From contig JASVEC010000016.1 of NCBI GenBank assembly GCA_030770535.1, positions 248,001 through 312,000 of the forward strand: a DNA stretch of 64,000 nt. The letters run 5' to 3'. This DNA is from Batkoa obscura (taxonomy: Eukaryota). Positions 1 through 11,652 of the stretch are shown here, in pieces. The notes below the pieces were generated by a model that did no database searches, was not told where the DNA came from, and worked only from the letters and a program-made list of their open reading frames with translations. Positions within the stretch are counted from its first letter, which is position 1. Each line of letters begins with the position of its first letter. Both the position numbers and the translations under genes were made by a program.

Positions 1-1021
1 GGGTAATCTCTGAAATAACTGTAGGTACTTTAGTGAATATTGAAGTATAAGTATAGATCTATGAATTAAAAAGTCACAATATCAACATTATAAGTATGAA
101 TTAGAAACATGAAATGAGCAAGTGGTTTGGAAAGATTGTGGATTATAATTTTACTTAATATTTAAACTTACTTATGAAGAAGTAGATGGTTAGATTTTTT
201 AAATAGCTAGAGGAAATTTAATATAGACTTAAAAGCTGATATTTGCTATATATATACTCCTAAATGGAATATAATAAGTTATAGTTTTTTTACTTTAATT
301 AACGACTTTTTAATACTTTTAGTAGTTATGTAATTTTTATTATCTTAGATAAGCTCTATCTTGTTTTGCGGGTATTTTTTAAATTAAAATGAAGTTAAAT
401 CATTGGCTAATCAAATTAAAGTGTAAATTTAAATTAGTTTAATTATATATATAATCAGATATGAAAAATAAATAATAGCGTTAATATAGATGATGCATTA
501 ATATAATATATATAAGCTCAATAAGCATATATCGGTTCAAACATCAGTTTATATTGTTTGTAAAATATAATAAACGTAATAAAATAAAAAGACGAGAAAA
601 GTTAGAAGAAGGATAAGTATGATCTTATTGAGACGACATATTTCAAAACTAAGCAGCAAAAACCTTAGACTTTATGTTTATAGTAATATGACAGCTATTT
701 CAATTAGTATAATAGTTTTTTCTTACAAAAGGCAAAAGATCCAAAACCCCAAAAATAAAGTAATAGAGGTAGATAGGTAAGTGCTTACCTAGTAGAGGCA
801 ATAAATGCTACAATAGATAACTAAGTTTATCTTTTATTGAATTCATATGATATTTGCTTAGTTTTAAAATAATAGTTATTATGTTAAATAAATTTTAAAG
901 AATATAAAAGGTAGTAAAATCAATATTTCATAGAATCAAACCTGTTTTTTTATCCTAATAGTTTATAATAGGTATATACAACATATAAATATAGTTCGAT
1001 TATTGATTAGTTAGAACAAAG

Positions 1022-2896
1022 ATGAAAGCAAATAAGAGGATAAGTAATATTAATATGAGACGTGTATGTCAAAAAGACAAAGAATATAAACAGCAGATTT
1101 TAGAATTAATTGATCGTAAGGAAAATGAGAGTATTGTTGAAAGTCAGATCATTGAATACATAAAGTTTAGCTATACCAATACTATTCAGTCTTCAGTCAA
1201 AACAGTCCATTTTCAAGCAGTAAATGTAATTCGTAGTTTAATTAAAGGTCTCATCAAACATTCAATTAAAAATAACAGTGGGAAGCACTCAATGTACTTA
1301 ATTAAGTTGATAATGATATATTTAAATCCCTTTTTTAATCCCTTTTTAAATTTAACTTTAATTCACTTTTTTATCAATAACATTTTGGTCTATTGTTATA
1401 ATATTACTGAAGATGAACCAAATATCATTGTGACTAACAATTTAAAATTACCAATATTAAATTATGATAGCCTATCCTTTTTAGACTTTAGGTTTAATTT
1501 TATGGATTACTTAAAAGATAATTATACTACTGCCATTTGTGCTAAACCTGACAATAATAATTTATTAGTGAATTTAGATTTGTTATTATCAACCTTAAAT
1601 CTCAAATTAAGTACTGATAACATAATTTATTTTATTAATACAAATATCGATAGTTTAAACGATTTAATGTTTATGGGATATGATAAAATTAATAGGGGTT
1701 ATAAAATAGGTAAATATCATGCAATAGTACAATATAGTATTTATTTAATAACATCATTATTAGAACACTTATTTATAAACCCAAGTATCAAACCAATTAT
1801 CGTTACCAATAAAATGCAAAGTGATACTATTACTATCAAAGTAATTGATCAGTTCTATACAGATTCAATGATCCATAGTTTGAAATTTAAGATATCAAAT
1901 GATAGTGATACTATATGTTATACTATTAGCAATAACTTTTATAATAATCATAATTTAATACACAATTTTGAAGGAAATAAAGAATTTGATTTAGAAGTGA
2001 AGGACAATAATAATAAAGTAATAAGTCGTACATTAAAGCTTGAAAAGAAAATAGGACAAGGAAGTTTTGGTAAGATTTATAAATTGAAAGATCAGGCTGT
2101 GGTAATCAAAAATCAAAAACAGAAGTATAGTGTAATTGAATATCACTTATTAAAAGGTCTAAATTATAAAGATTATTTCCCAAACGTATCAGCAATCTAT
2201 TTTTATAATATGGATTTTTCATTATTATTTTTAGATTATTATTCCTGCCCTACCTTATTACAGTATTTAAACACTTTTATCGTTAAGAAGAACAATATAT
2301 TAAACAATGTTATTGAAGTTATTTTACATCAATTAATAGATGCCATACAATATCTACATATGAATTGGATCTTGCATAATGACATAAAGATGGATAATAT
2401 ATTAATAGATCCTTATTCTCGCTATTCAATCAAAGTTATTGATTTTGGTAAAGCAATTGATCTAAAGCATTCATCTTCATTTACAAGCATTCAAAGTAAT
2501 ACTACTACATTACTATTTAGATCAAGGTTTATTACTGATACTCTTTTACGCAAAAACATTCAACGTAGCTCCCCGCATCAACAAGAACTAAAAAAAGAAT
2601 GGCTGTATCATGAAGATTTATTTGGTATTGCTGCTATATTATATACCTTAAAAATGCAGCAACATTTAAAACGGTTTGAATATAACAAACAAGATCAGCT
2701 ATTTAAAGCAAAACCCAACTTTGACATGAATTTGAAATGTAACTATATTTTCAATCTTTTGACTAATTCGGATTATTTCATTAAATCACATTTACTTTTA
2801 CATAAGAAGAGTTTTGTTATTTGTATGAAGTATTTGTTTGAATATTTTTATCCTTTACTAGCTGATGCCTTGAACACTGAGCCGGAATCAAATTAA
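1022..2896 (+). CDS. Divergent Bub1-like Ser/Thr protein kinase, single exon, 624 aa
   Basis: C-terminal kinase motifs GQGSFGKIY, VVIK, HNDIKMDN, DFGKAIDL and WLYHEDLFGIAAILY resemble Bub1 (DFGR.ID, W.Yq.D..G.A, no APE). N-terminal IIEYIKF and YLIKLIMIY weakly recall the Mad3/Bub1 TPR region. Confidence 0.7.
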   Translation: MKANKRISNINMRRVCQKDKEYKQQILELIDRKENESIVESQIIEYIKFSYTNTIQSSVKTVHFQAVNVIRSLIKGLIKHSIKNNSGKHSMYLIKLIMIYLNPFFNPFLNLTLIHFFINNILVYCYNITEDEPNIIVTNNLKLPILNYDSLSFLDFRFNFMDYLKDNYTTAICAKPDNNNLLVNLDLLLSTLNLKLSTDNIIYFINTNIDSLNDLMFMGYDKINRGYKIGKYHAIVQYSIYLITSLLEHLFINPSIKPIIVTNKMQSDTITIKVIDQFYTDSMIHSLKFKISNDSDTICYTISNNFYNNHNLIHNFEGNKEFDLEVKDNNNKVISRTLKLEKKIGQGSFGKIYKLKDQAVVIKNQKQKYSVIEYHLLKGLNYKDYFPNVSAIYFYNMDFSLLFLDYYSCPTLLQYLNTFIVKKNNILNNVIEVILHQLIDAIQYLHMNWILHNDIKMDNILIDPYSRYSIKVIDFGKAIDLKHSSSFTSIQSNTTTLLFRSRFITDTLLRKNIQRSSPHQQELKKEWLYHEDLFGIAAILYTLKMQQHLKRFEYNKQDQLFKAKPNFDMNLKCNYIFNLLTNSDYFIKSHLLLHKKSFVICMKYLFEYFYPLLADALNTEPESN

Positions 2897-3066
2897 AATT
2901 TGCTCAATTTTGATTAAATTATTAAAAAAAACAGTCGCAATTTATTGGTTAAAAGATATAGGATTTAATCGCATTTTATTGGTTAATATAGCATTAATAA
3001 AATTAATACGTTTATACAGACTTTCTAGTATTTTTTATTTTGTTTTTTAATTCACTAAAGTTCAAA

Positions 3067-3429
3067 ATGAGCCGTTTAATTTACATGATAACATTTCAAA
3101 TGCACCATATCTATTCAGAAAAAAAGAAAGAGAAGATCCTCAAATTAGCTAAAAGATTAAATATAACTGGAATTTACAAGTTTGGTAAACCTGGGAGGCT
3201 AATTTTATTTGAGCCGGAAGAAGACAAAAATTTATCTATATTTGAAAAAGAAATCAAAAGCTTGAATTGGCAAACCTGTACAGTCACTTTAAGAAGGGTA
3301 TTTCATCCTTCACAGTTTGTTGTTTTTAATCAATTTGTTTCTGTGGAATCAGATGTAGAGTTAAGAGAATTGTTGATTCAACATGAGTTGAAAGATATAT
3401 GGCATGAATTAACTGGATTCAAAAATTAA
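3067..3429 (+). CDS. DUF1115 (RWDD2 C-terminal-like) domain protein, 120 aa
   Basis: HHIYSEKKKEKILKLAKRLNITGIYKFGKPG and W near the C-terminus match the recalled RWDD2 C-terminal motif. First ATG at 3067. Confidence 0.8.
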   Translation: MSRLIYMITFQMHHIYSEKKKEKILKLAKRLNITGIYKFGKPGRLILFEPEEDKNLSIFEKEIKSLNWQTCTVTLRRVFHPSQFVVFNQFVSVESDVELRELLIQHELKDIWHELTGFKN

Positions 3430-3507
3430 TAAGAATAAACAGTAATAGTGACATAATATGTTATTTTAATTTTAAATTATAAAATAAAGATAAGCTAATT
3501 AATTGAT

Positions 3508-4744
3508 TTAAATTAATTTATATCTTCTACATATAAAAAAGCCAATGACTGCAAAAATTAAAGAAAATACCGCTATACCAGTAAACTTGTAGATGGTACC
3601 TGCCTCGTCTTCTGTATATCTATCTGGCGTATAGCAATTCATTCCAAAAATACCTCCAATAACAGTAATTGGGACTAAAATAAGAGTAATAGCAGTTAAT
3701 TTGGATATTTTTTCACTAAGGCCTGTATCTAAAGTATAAAAGCTCATTGAGATTTGAGATAAATAATTCATATGAGAAGTAGCCAATACTTTATCGTAGT
3801 GAGATAAATTCAGTTTTAAATTCAAATATTGATTGTTTAATTCATTATAGTTAAATTGGTTATTATTCAAAATTTGATTGTTTGACATTTTTTTGATCAA
3901 ATTTAATTTAAAGTGAACGATTCTTATTAACAAAGTTACTTGATTTTGTACATTAGTGATCCTCTTTAACAACTCACTTTGGTCTTGCTTGTTTTGAATT
4001 AATAGTACAATCCTCCCGATAGAATCTACTTCTTGTTCAATTTTATCACTGTATTGTATTAATTTAACGGAATGATATCTTAATAAGATGTAATTGATAA
4101 AATTAGGCGTGATATTGCTAATATTGTCATCTTTATTGTTATCAATCAAATCATTGATATACAATGTATTAAAAGCAACTGCTTCCCTAGAAAAGGTGAA
4201 GACAAACTTATTAAAAATAAGATGATAGATTAAGATAGGTTGCTGAAAGCTATTGGATTGAGTATCAAAATTGATACTTTTAAAAGCAAAAAAAGAGTAT
4301 TGTTGGAACTGATAAACCTTTTGTGTGATCTCTTGGTTCAATAGCAACTCTCTAATAATTGGGTGTAATTGAAACAACTGACTAATTAGCTCTATTTGCT
4401 TTGAAGTTATATTATTAATATGAAGCCAATACATTGATAAGTTTGACTTTTCTTTTTCTGATAACTGCAATTCGCTAAACCCATTACTCGTTATAAACCC
4501 TGTCGCTGGAGAGTAAAACTGTAACTTAGTATCCGAGGTATACTACATTGTTGTTCATTAGTACTTAAAATTTTAGTATTATATAGCTACTTACTATACT
4601 TTCTTTCTCATTCTCAATTGAGTTTTTATTTAATTCAATACTATTATTATCATCATCTGTTGCTGTAGAGGTCAATAGATTTTGTAACAATTTCAAATCT
4701 ACAATGGAAGTGACAGTTCCTGAGTTGATGTTTCTATTTTCCAT
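3508..4744 (-). CDS. CorA-family Mg2+ transporter (Alr1/Mnr2-like), 2 exons
   Basis: GGIFGMN signature between two C-terminal TM helices. ATG at 4744; intron 4543-4594 joins in frame to the 320-aa ORF. Confidence 0.88.
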
Positions 4745-5620
4745 TTCTATAGTCTTGTATTGTAAAATATCAAAAAAGAAATTGAAACTTATTTAACTTT
4801 TAATTTAAAATCTGATAAATAGGGGAGCTATTGTTTTCTAAAAAGAAATAATTGTAATTTAACTTTGATTAAATGCAGCTTTTAATTGGGTAGGCTTAAC
4901 ACTAGTTAAATTAACTAATACCTCTATATAGTTTTAAAACTAGTATGAAGGTTGTTTCTTCTGGGGTATTATTATATGTTTGTATTTCAAAAAGTGGTAA
5001 AATCAATTCAATAATTCTCTTTTATTCATCTTATTGTTTATTGTGATTATTTCAAAATAAATATTTAGATTTTAATGTTATTTGTTGTTTTGATATTTTG
5101 CTCATTTTTCGCACGATATAAAATTTGAAGGGCTATCAGCAAAACCATTAAAAACATACCTATACATTTTTTTAATGGAATAAAAATTGTATTTTGAGAG
5201 CGTGTACCTTTAAAGAAATTAACCCATTTTGTAATAAAAGACTTAAAGATTGAGGGCAACGAACAGGTAGGTAGAGCTATTTCCCACTACAAGAAATTTC
5301 AAATTTTGAATAAACCTCAATCTTTATTAAAATATAATAATCAGATTGAAGAAGTAGCTAGAATTAAAAGTTAATAAAGTCAAGTTGCATTAGATTAAAG
5401 CTAGGTTCAGGTTAGATTAAGGTTTGGGATCTAGGTTCCTATTTTATCAAAATTTATTAGCACTTTATTCCACGAAAGCTTACCCCTTTTGGAAAAACCA
5501 GATAATTGTCTAGTTGATACCCCCTGACGAAGTATTTTACTCAATTAAAGGTTATTTGTGTGGTTTGAAGTACAAGTCCTTATACTATTTATTGTTAAGT
5601 AGCTTAAACCGAAATTTTCA

Positions 5621-5719
5621 TATGTGGAGGTATTTTTTTTGGTTTCACCACTTTCTCCATCTTTTAAGCGCGATTTGAGCGGAAAGATTGCTGATAAAAT
5701 TCTTAAATACATCCCTATA
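5621..5719 (-). mobile_element. MITE family copy 1
   Basis: Reverse-oriented match to the ~105-bp consensus TAYGGGGATGTATTTTTGTGTTTAAGAATTTTACTAACAA...CTCAAATAGCGCTTAAAA..GGAAAA..ATGAAGCCAAAAAAACAYCCCCATA. Confidence 0.8.
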
Positions 5720-5934
5720 TATACTTTTCCAAAAAACCCTATCATCATATTTCCCACATTTACCTAGTTTTATATCGCACAACTAAGTTGCTATTTAACG
5801 AATTTAAGTAATGTTTACTAACGAATAGGAGTGTTTGATATTACAAATAAACTTTCATAAATCATTAAGCTATTTAATAATTCCAAATAAGAGAGCCACA
5901 AATGTATACAGGATTACTCATTTTTTATTTCTAA

Positions 5935-7276
5935 ATGTTACTACCACTAATTCTTGTTAGTTTTTTATTTTAAATTTAATGCTAAATTGTCAAGAGTTGA
6001 TGGTGGGAGATGGATAATAATTAAAGATAAATTGTACTACTTGGGAGGGTTTGCATTTACGCCAAATAAACACAAAGCTTTGATGTTAAATAATGAAGTA
6101 TTTGCCCTTGATTTGAAAAAAGTATATAAATTAGCTGGGAACGCGGCACTGTGAGAAAGAAAGATAGCTATTAATGGCTCTAAAGGACCATTTGGCCCAT
6201 ACCTCTTTTACATTAAAAATCAAGATAGAACTAAAACAACAGTAAATTTTCATGATCGTATTAATGAATTTAGGCCTATCGTTAAGTACTTTAATATCGA
6301 GAAAAGTGAATAGTATGATGAAGGTATAATAAAGGATTTGTTCATTGGGTCCAACATAACGAGTACTGACAGAAATAATTACTCGCAAAGGTATCATATA
6401 TTACAAGATATGAAAGAGATAAATAAACTTACACATTAAGTTTTTTCAACGTTTTATATTGAATTGATTAACACCAGTGCACTTAAACTCACATAATTCT
6501 TTATGTGGAATGTATTTTTATGTTTAAGAATTTTATAACAATCTTTCCACTTAAATAGTGCTTAAAAAATAGAAAGTGATGAAGCCAAAAAAAATACCCT
6601 CAAGTAAAGCAATTAAAAAGGATACAGGAAATAAATGATAAAGCTTCTATTGAACAGTTGTTTATCTTAAATAACAAATTATATCATTCTGAAATCCCAA
6701 CTACAAAGGCAGAAGCTATAGAGGCTAATAAGATATTGTACGAATTAGTATTCAAAGACGTATATTATAAATCCGTACAATATAAATTTAAAAGCGAATC
6801 TAGCCTTTGGCCGAGTATTCATGAAAATCAGTGAGTTAGTTTATTATATTGATTTACAGAAAATGATTAAAAAGTTAATAGAGCTTTATGGGGTAAATTC
6901 AATCCATCCTCTTTTGAGAAAACCAATAGGAATTGCATTTAGTCATTGAGGATGCTTTACTAATTATCAGCAATAAATAGTAAACTAATTTGATTACCAA
7001 TTTATTTAATCTACTATTTATGATGCAATGAGTGATGTAAGTAAGATAAAAAGCGTAAGCAAAGCGATAATGTTATATACGAAGACTTGGGAAACTATTG
7101 ATGCTAAAAAATATGACAGCAAAAATAATACACAGAATAATAGTAATCAAGAGGTAATTGATAGTTCATTAATAAGGGGGCTTGTAGGAAGGATAGATGG
7201 GTCCGTTGTAATAACATCAGTTATGATACATTTGCTTTATAAATATAGATATAAAAAAATAAACCTCCAGGTGTGA
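5935..7276 (+). pseudogene. Disrupted kelch/beta-propeller-type single-pass membrane protein
   Basis: Signal-like MLLPLILVSFLF, then a stop/frameshift, kelch-like IIKDKLYYLGG...EVFALDL, in-frame TGA (6152) and TAG (6311) where Trp is expected, MITE at 6502, and a C-terminal TM plus basic tail (LIRGLVGRIDGSVVITSVMIHLLYKYRYKK). Confidence 0.65.
6502..6603 (+). mobile_element. MITE family copy 2 (inside the kelch pseudogene)
   Basis: Full-length match to the consensus with degenerate TIRs. Confidence 0.8.
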
Positions 7277-7541
7277 TTTTGAAACCTATTGCAAATAAAA
7301 CTGATCAATTTGTTATATGCTAATATTGACTATTTTAATCCTGAAATATTCAATCACTTTTAAGAAATCGACTTTGATAGTGTTATTCTATCTTTAAAGG
7401 CCCATCTTAAAATTCTCACTTTCAATCATAATTATTTGTACTCGCTTTAAGTAAATTTTCAATTTTGAATGAATCTAATAAACATAATATCCTATTATAT
7501 TTATACATTCTACTTAAATAAACTAATATTTATTCTCATTA

Positions 7542-7643
7542 TATGGGGATGTAATTTTATGTTTAAGAATTTTAATATCAATTTTTCCGCTCAAATAGTA
7601 TTTAAAAGATGGAAAAAGTAATAGGGCCAAAAACATTACCATA
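7542..7643 (+). mobile_element. MITE family copy 3
   Basis: TATGGGGATGTA...CCATA with the consensus interior. Confidence 0.85.
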
Positions 7644-8226
7644 TTATATTTTAAATTTAGGACATTATAAGTTTGTTATTTTTGAACTCTTTATAATGAA
7701 TATTCATACAAAAAATGAATGATTGTTTTATAAATCAATTGACATTTTAAATAAAAATTTTATTACTCTATAAAAAAGTAATCAATGTCTAAGATTAGAA
7801 GTTTTATCTCTTAAATAGTAGTAAAAGAGTAAATAGTGACATAAAGTGGATAAAAGAAGTATTGGAGAAAAGAATATGATAACATAACATAAGGCTCATA
7901 TAATTTTAGATAAAACGAGGCTCCGAATTTTAGTTACACAGAGAATATTTTTGAAGTTTAGTTATGAATTTTTTTGAAGCAAAAAGCTTTTCTAATTTAA
8001 AAATTCAGAAAATAAAATTGAATAGAATCCAACAAAAGCGAATTTCAATTTTGAATACATTGAAAATTTGAAATCGAACGGCAAAATAGTTAAAAACAAA
8101 TATAGAATTAAGAGTATCGAAATCACGTCAATTATAACCAATGAAGTAAAAGAACGAAATAGACTAAGTAGAAATTAAAAAGTGAAATAAGATATGAAGA
8201 ATTTTTAATAAATTAAATTAAAACAA

Positions 8227-9777
8227 ATGAATCCAAATGAACAATTAGCGTATGAATATACGATTATGAATAAGTTGATCTATCAAGCCGGTAATAATGA
8301 AATTAATAAAAGGGAATCGAGCAGTAGTGTTAATATATTTTACTTAAGGGGTTGATTTCGAGTCAAAGCCAATTTTGGTATTTGCGGCAGCTAATTTACC
8401 AGATCCAAAACAAATGAATTATGACCAGTTATTAGAGTAAGCTTACCACACTATTATTTAGAAATAAATTTATTTCAAAATTTAGTTTAATTATGAACAA
8501 GTTAGACGAGTTTGCCGAAAACGATTATACTTTAGTCTTATTTGTTGGAGGAGCCAAAAATAAACCTAGTTGGACTTGGTTGATCAGAGCTTATCGTCGC
8601 CTTGGCTATAAGTAGTTTCAATGTTTATTTGTTGTTCCTTAATTTAAACAAAATTATTACAAAACAGGTACAAAAAGAATTTAAAAAATCTATATATTGT
8701 CCACCCTGCTCCTTGGTTCCAAATTCTATTCGATATTATGAACAAAATCATCAGGTAAGCTTCAGTACCTAACTATAAGTTTATCTAAACTTATTATTTA
8801 GCCCTAAATTTTCCCGTAAAGTAAGTTGGATCAATACTTTATCTCAATTAGCTTTAAGTGTTCCATTAACTCATATGAATATACCAAATGTAATTTATGA
8901 GTAAGTATAATAGATTACAATATAAATTAGATATTAAAGCTAGATGAATAGACATAACAGAAAGTTTGAAGAATCAGTAGTAATAGATCCAAAAAACAAT
9001 AATGAAATGATAACAAGAAAGTTGTTTTCATTACCATTATCTGTTGTTATGGGGGCTAATGGGGAAAAAGGGATTCCATTAATGGTTATTCAATGTATGG
9101 AATATATTTTAAAGAAAGGTAATTCGCTATTAAACTTTGTTAATTCATTATTTAACTTTAAATTTTAAGGAATTGACGAAGAGGGTGTATTTCGTAGATC
9201 TCCTAGCTCTCTTTTACTTAAAGAAGCCAAAAATGCTTATGATGAAGGTAGGTCTATATTAATAGCTAATTTAATATAAATTCATAATTTTATAGAAAGA
9301 AGAGTGGATTTGGATGATTACGGAGTTCATGTAGCAGCAGTACTTTTAAAAGTATTTATAAGAGAATTACCAGAGCCATTAATACCACCTACATTATACG
9401 ATGCCATTAAAGATATGAACCCAATATTAAATGACGAAATCAAGCTAAAGGAATATATAAAAGAGAATATTATTAACCGATTAAATGTACAAACCCAACA
9501 ATTACTACAATATTTAGGTTATGGTTTGAATAAAATAAGTAAGAACCAATCGAGCAACAAAATGACCAGTAATAATTTGGCTATTGTTTGGACTCCGAAT
9601 TTGCTTAAATCTGGGAACCCTATGCTGGATGTTTCTCTATGCTCAACCAATGGAGCTACCGTAGGCTTCTTTTTTAAGTTTATTATTGATCATTTTGATG
9701 AGTTGTTTTCTAATGCTAACATTAGAACCGCTTCCAACCCTCCCCCTGTACCTCCTAAACCGGTTTTGAACCATTAG
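8227..9777 (+). CDS. BCH/CRAL-TRIO + RhoGAP protein (ARHGAP1/8-like), 8 exons
   Basis: Spliced LIYQAGVDFESKPILVF, ENDYTLV, KYKKNLKNLYIVHP (BCH), EGVFRRS arginine finger, LLKVFIRELPEP, NKMTSNNLAIVWTPNL; 7 GT-AG introns. Confidence 0.92.
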
Positions 9778-9863
9778 TTTATAAATTCATATAAATAAAA
9801 CATAGCATTTGGAACTCAAATAAACTATAATATAAACTAATTATTTTATATTCTACTTTATTT

Positions 9864-10861
9864 TTAAACTGCGATATCCATCTCAATTTTAGGGTAAGGT
9901 GAATAACCTTCAATAACAAAATTTTCATATTGAAATTGTTCAATATGGCTAATTGGTTGATTATCAATTAGTTGGATTTTAATTTTAGGAAACTGTTTAG
10001 GTTCCCTTTCCAATTGAATCTTTAAACTATCAGTATGATTTTTATAAATATGACAATCTCCCATAACATGAGTAAATACTCCAGGTTCTAAATTAGTTAA
10101 GTGAGCGATCATAATCGCTAATAAGGAATAACTAGCAATATTAAATGGCACCCCTAATCCCATATCACAGCTTCGTTGATACAGTTGACAGTGCAATTTG
10201 CCTTTTTTACCTTCCTGCTGACTAGGTTCAACATAGAATTGACAAAACATATGACAAGGGGGTAGCACCATTTGATTTAAATCTAAAAGTGTTATAGTCC
10301 TATATTACAATGATGGTGATCTCTATTACCTTTTGGATTCCAAGCAGATAAAATAATCCTACGATCATTAGGTTTATTTTTAATTGTATCAATAACATTT
10401 TGTAACTGGTCGACACCTTGCCCAGTATAGTCGGTAAAGCAATCGATGTATTTAGCTCCAAAATGACGCCACTGAAAACCATAAACTGGGCCAAGGTCCC
10501 CCTCTTTCCTATCCTTAAACCCCAGATTATCTAAAAACTCTCTAGAACCATTAGGTTCCCAAATATTAACGCCTTTTGCTTTTAAGTTTTTACTATTTGT
10601 ATCTCCTTTTATAAACCATAATAATTCCTCAATCACTCCTCGTACAAAAACTCGTTTTGTTGTTAATAACGGAAACTGTCCATTTGATAAATCAAACTTT
10701 AAAGGTGTTGGAGCAAACACGGATATTGTTCCTACCCCTGTTCTATCCCCTTTTTCTAAACCTTTTTTTAAGATTTCTTCTACTAGATTTAAATATTGCA
10801 ATTCTTCTTCATTTCTTTGCTGAGATTGTTCAATTTTTTCTCCATTGTCTTTGGAAGTCAT
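9864..10861 (-). CDS. CDC21: Thymidylate synthase, 2 exons
   Basis: [51 protein letters not shown]; intron 10283-10329. Confidence 0.98.
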
Positions 10862-11084
10862 TTTTATATTAAAACAAGCAAGATGTTGGGATTATGAGCT
10901 TCTCATTTACCTTTTTTGGTTGAGTTTTATGAATAAACATAAATATCGTTTGTTTTTATTGGATAACTTTCCGTCACCAACCAAATTCCATTTGCCAGTC
11001 TTTATTGATTGATCCCATAATATTTTTAGAAGTTCATAGTTTTAGTTTTCATTTGAAATAAGTAATTTTTTGAAAATTAGAGAA

Positions 11085-11652
11085 ATGTCCAATTTTATAC
11101 GCCATTTGTTAAAAAGCAATAACATCGCAACCTATCAATTTATTAGAAGGGATAAAAATTTATTTGAATTGTTGTCGGTCCAACCTAATAATGGAGTTGG
11201 TTTAAGAGTGGTAAGTTTATAATATACCTTTATAGAACTTAATCATTTTAGCTTATCAACCCGATTTTAACTATTAGTCGTAAAATAAGAATTAATTTAT
11301 TGTTGATTAGGCGGCCAAAGAATGGTTAAATAAAGGAAAAGATAATTTATATTATACAATTACAAAATCACAAATTAAAAAAGTAACTAAACTTATAAAT
11401 TCACCTAAAAAAGAGAACTAAATTTGAATAGGATTTAAAACATGGTAAAGCATGGGGAGAACTATACGTGAATGGTATAACTTATCGATTAAATGAACCA
11501 TCATAATTTTAATTTTATTCAAAATAGGCAAATTAGTACCTAATAAGCGTATTCGTCATGGACTCAAATTAAACTGGCTATTACACCCTGGGCCTCAGCC
11601 TGCTTTAGAAGCTAATAAAGTTAGCAAGGAAACAGAATCAAAAATGGAATAA
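11085..11652 (+). CDS. Mitochondrial ribosomal protein mS34-like, 4 exons, 121 aa (absent from ORF track)
   Basis: Exons 11085-11210, 11311-11382, 11432-11474, 11528-11652 give KNLFELLSVQPNNGVGLRV...W...YYTITK...HGKAWG...IRHGLKLNW, the recalled MRP-S34 pattern. Confidence 0.8.

Noticed and set aside
280..660. Possible GPCR-like pseudogene fragments (LDKLYLVLRVFF; NKKTRKVRRRISMILL)
   Set aside because: Too short and stop-ridden to distinguish from AT-rich noise.
774..791. Hairpin TAGGTAAG-TG-CTTACCTA ending at CTAGT (Helitron 3' end?)
   Set aside because: The hairpin overlaps the CTAG instead of lying about 10 nt upstream, and there is no second copy.
6152..6154. In-frame TGA as selenocysteine or a recoded Trp
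   Set aside because: The same frame also has a TAG, frameshifts and a MITE insertion, and intact genes here use TGG for Trp; pseudogenisation is the simpler explanation.
11211..11310. Double-length (100-nt) intron as a stwintron or micro-exon host
   Set aside because: The candidate internal exon is 28 nt (frameshifting), and the protein aligns well without it.
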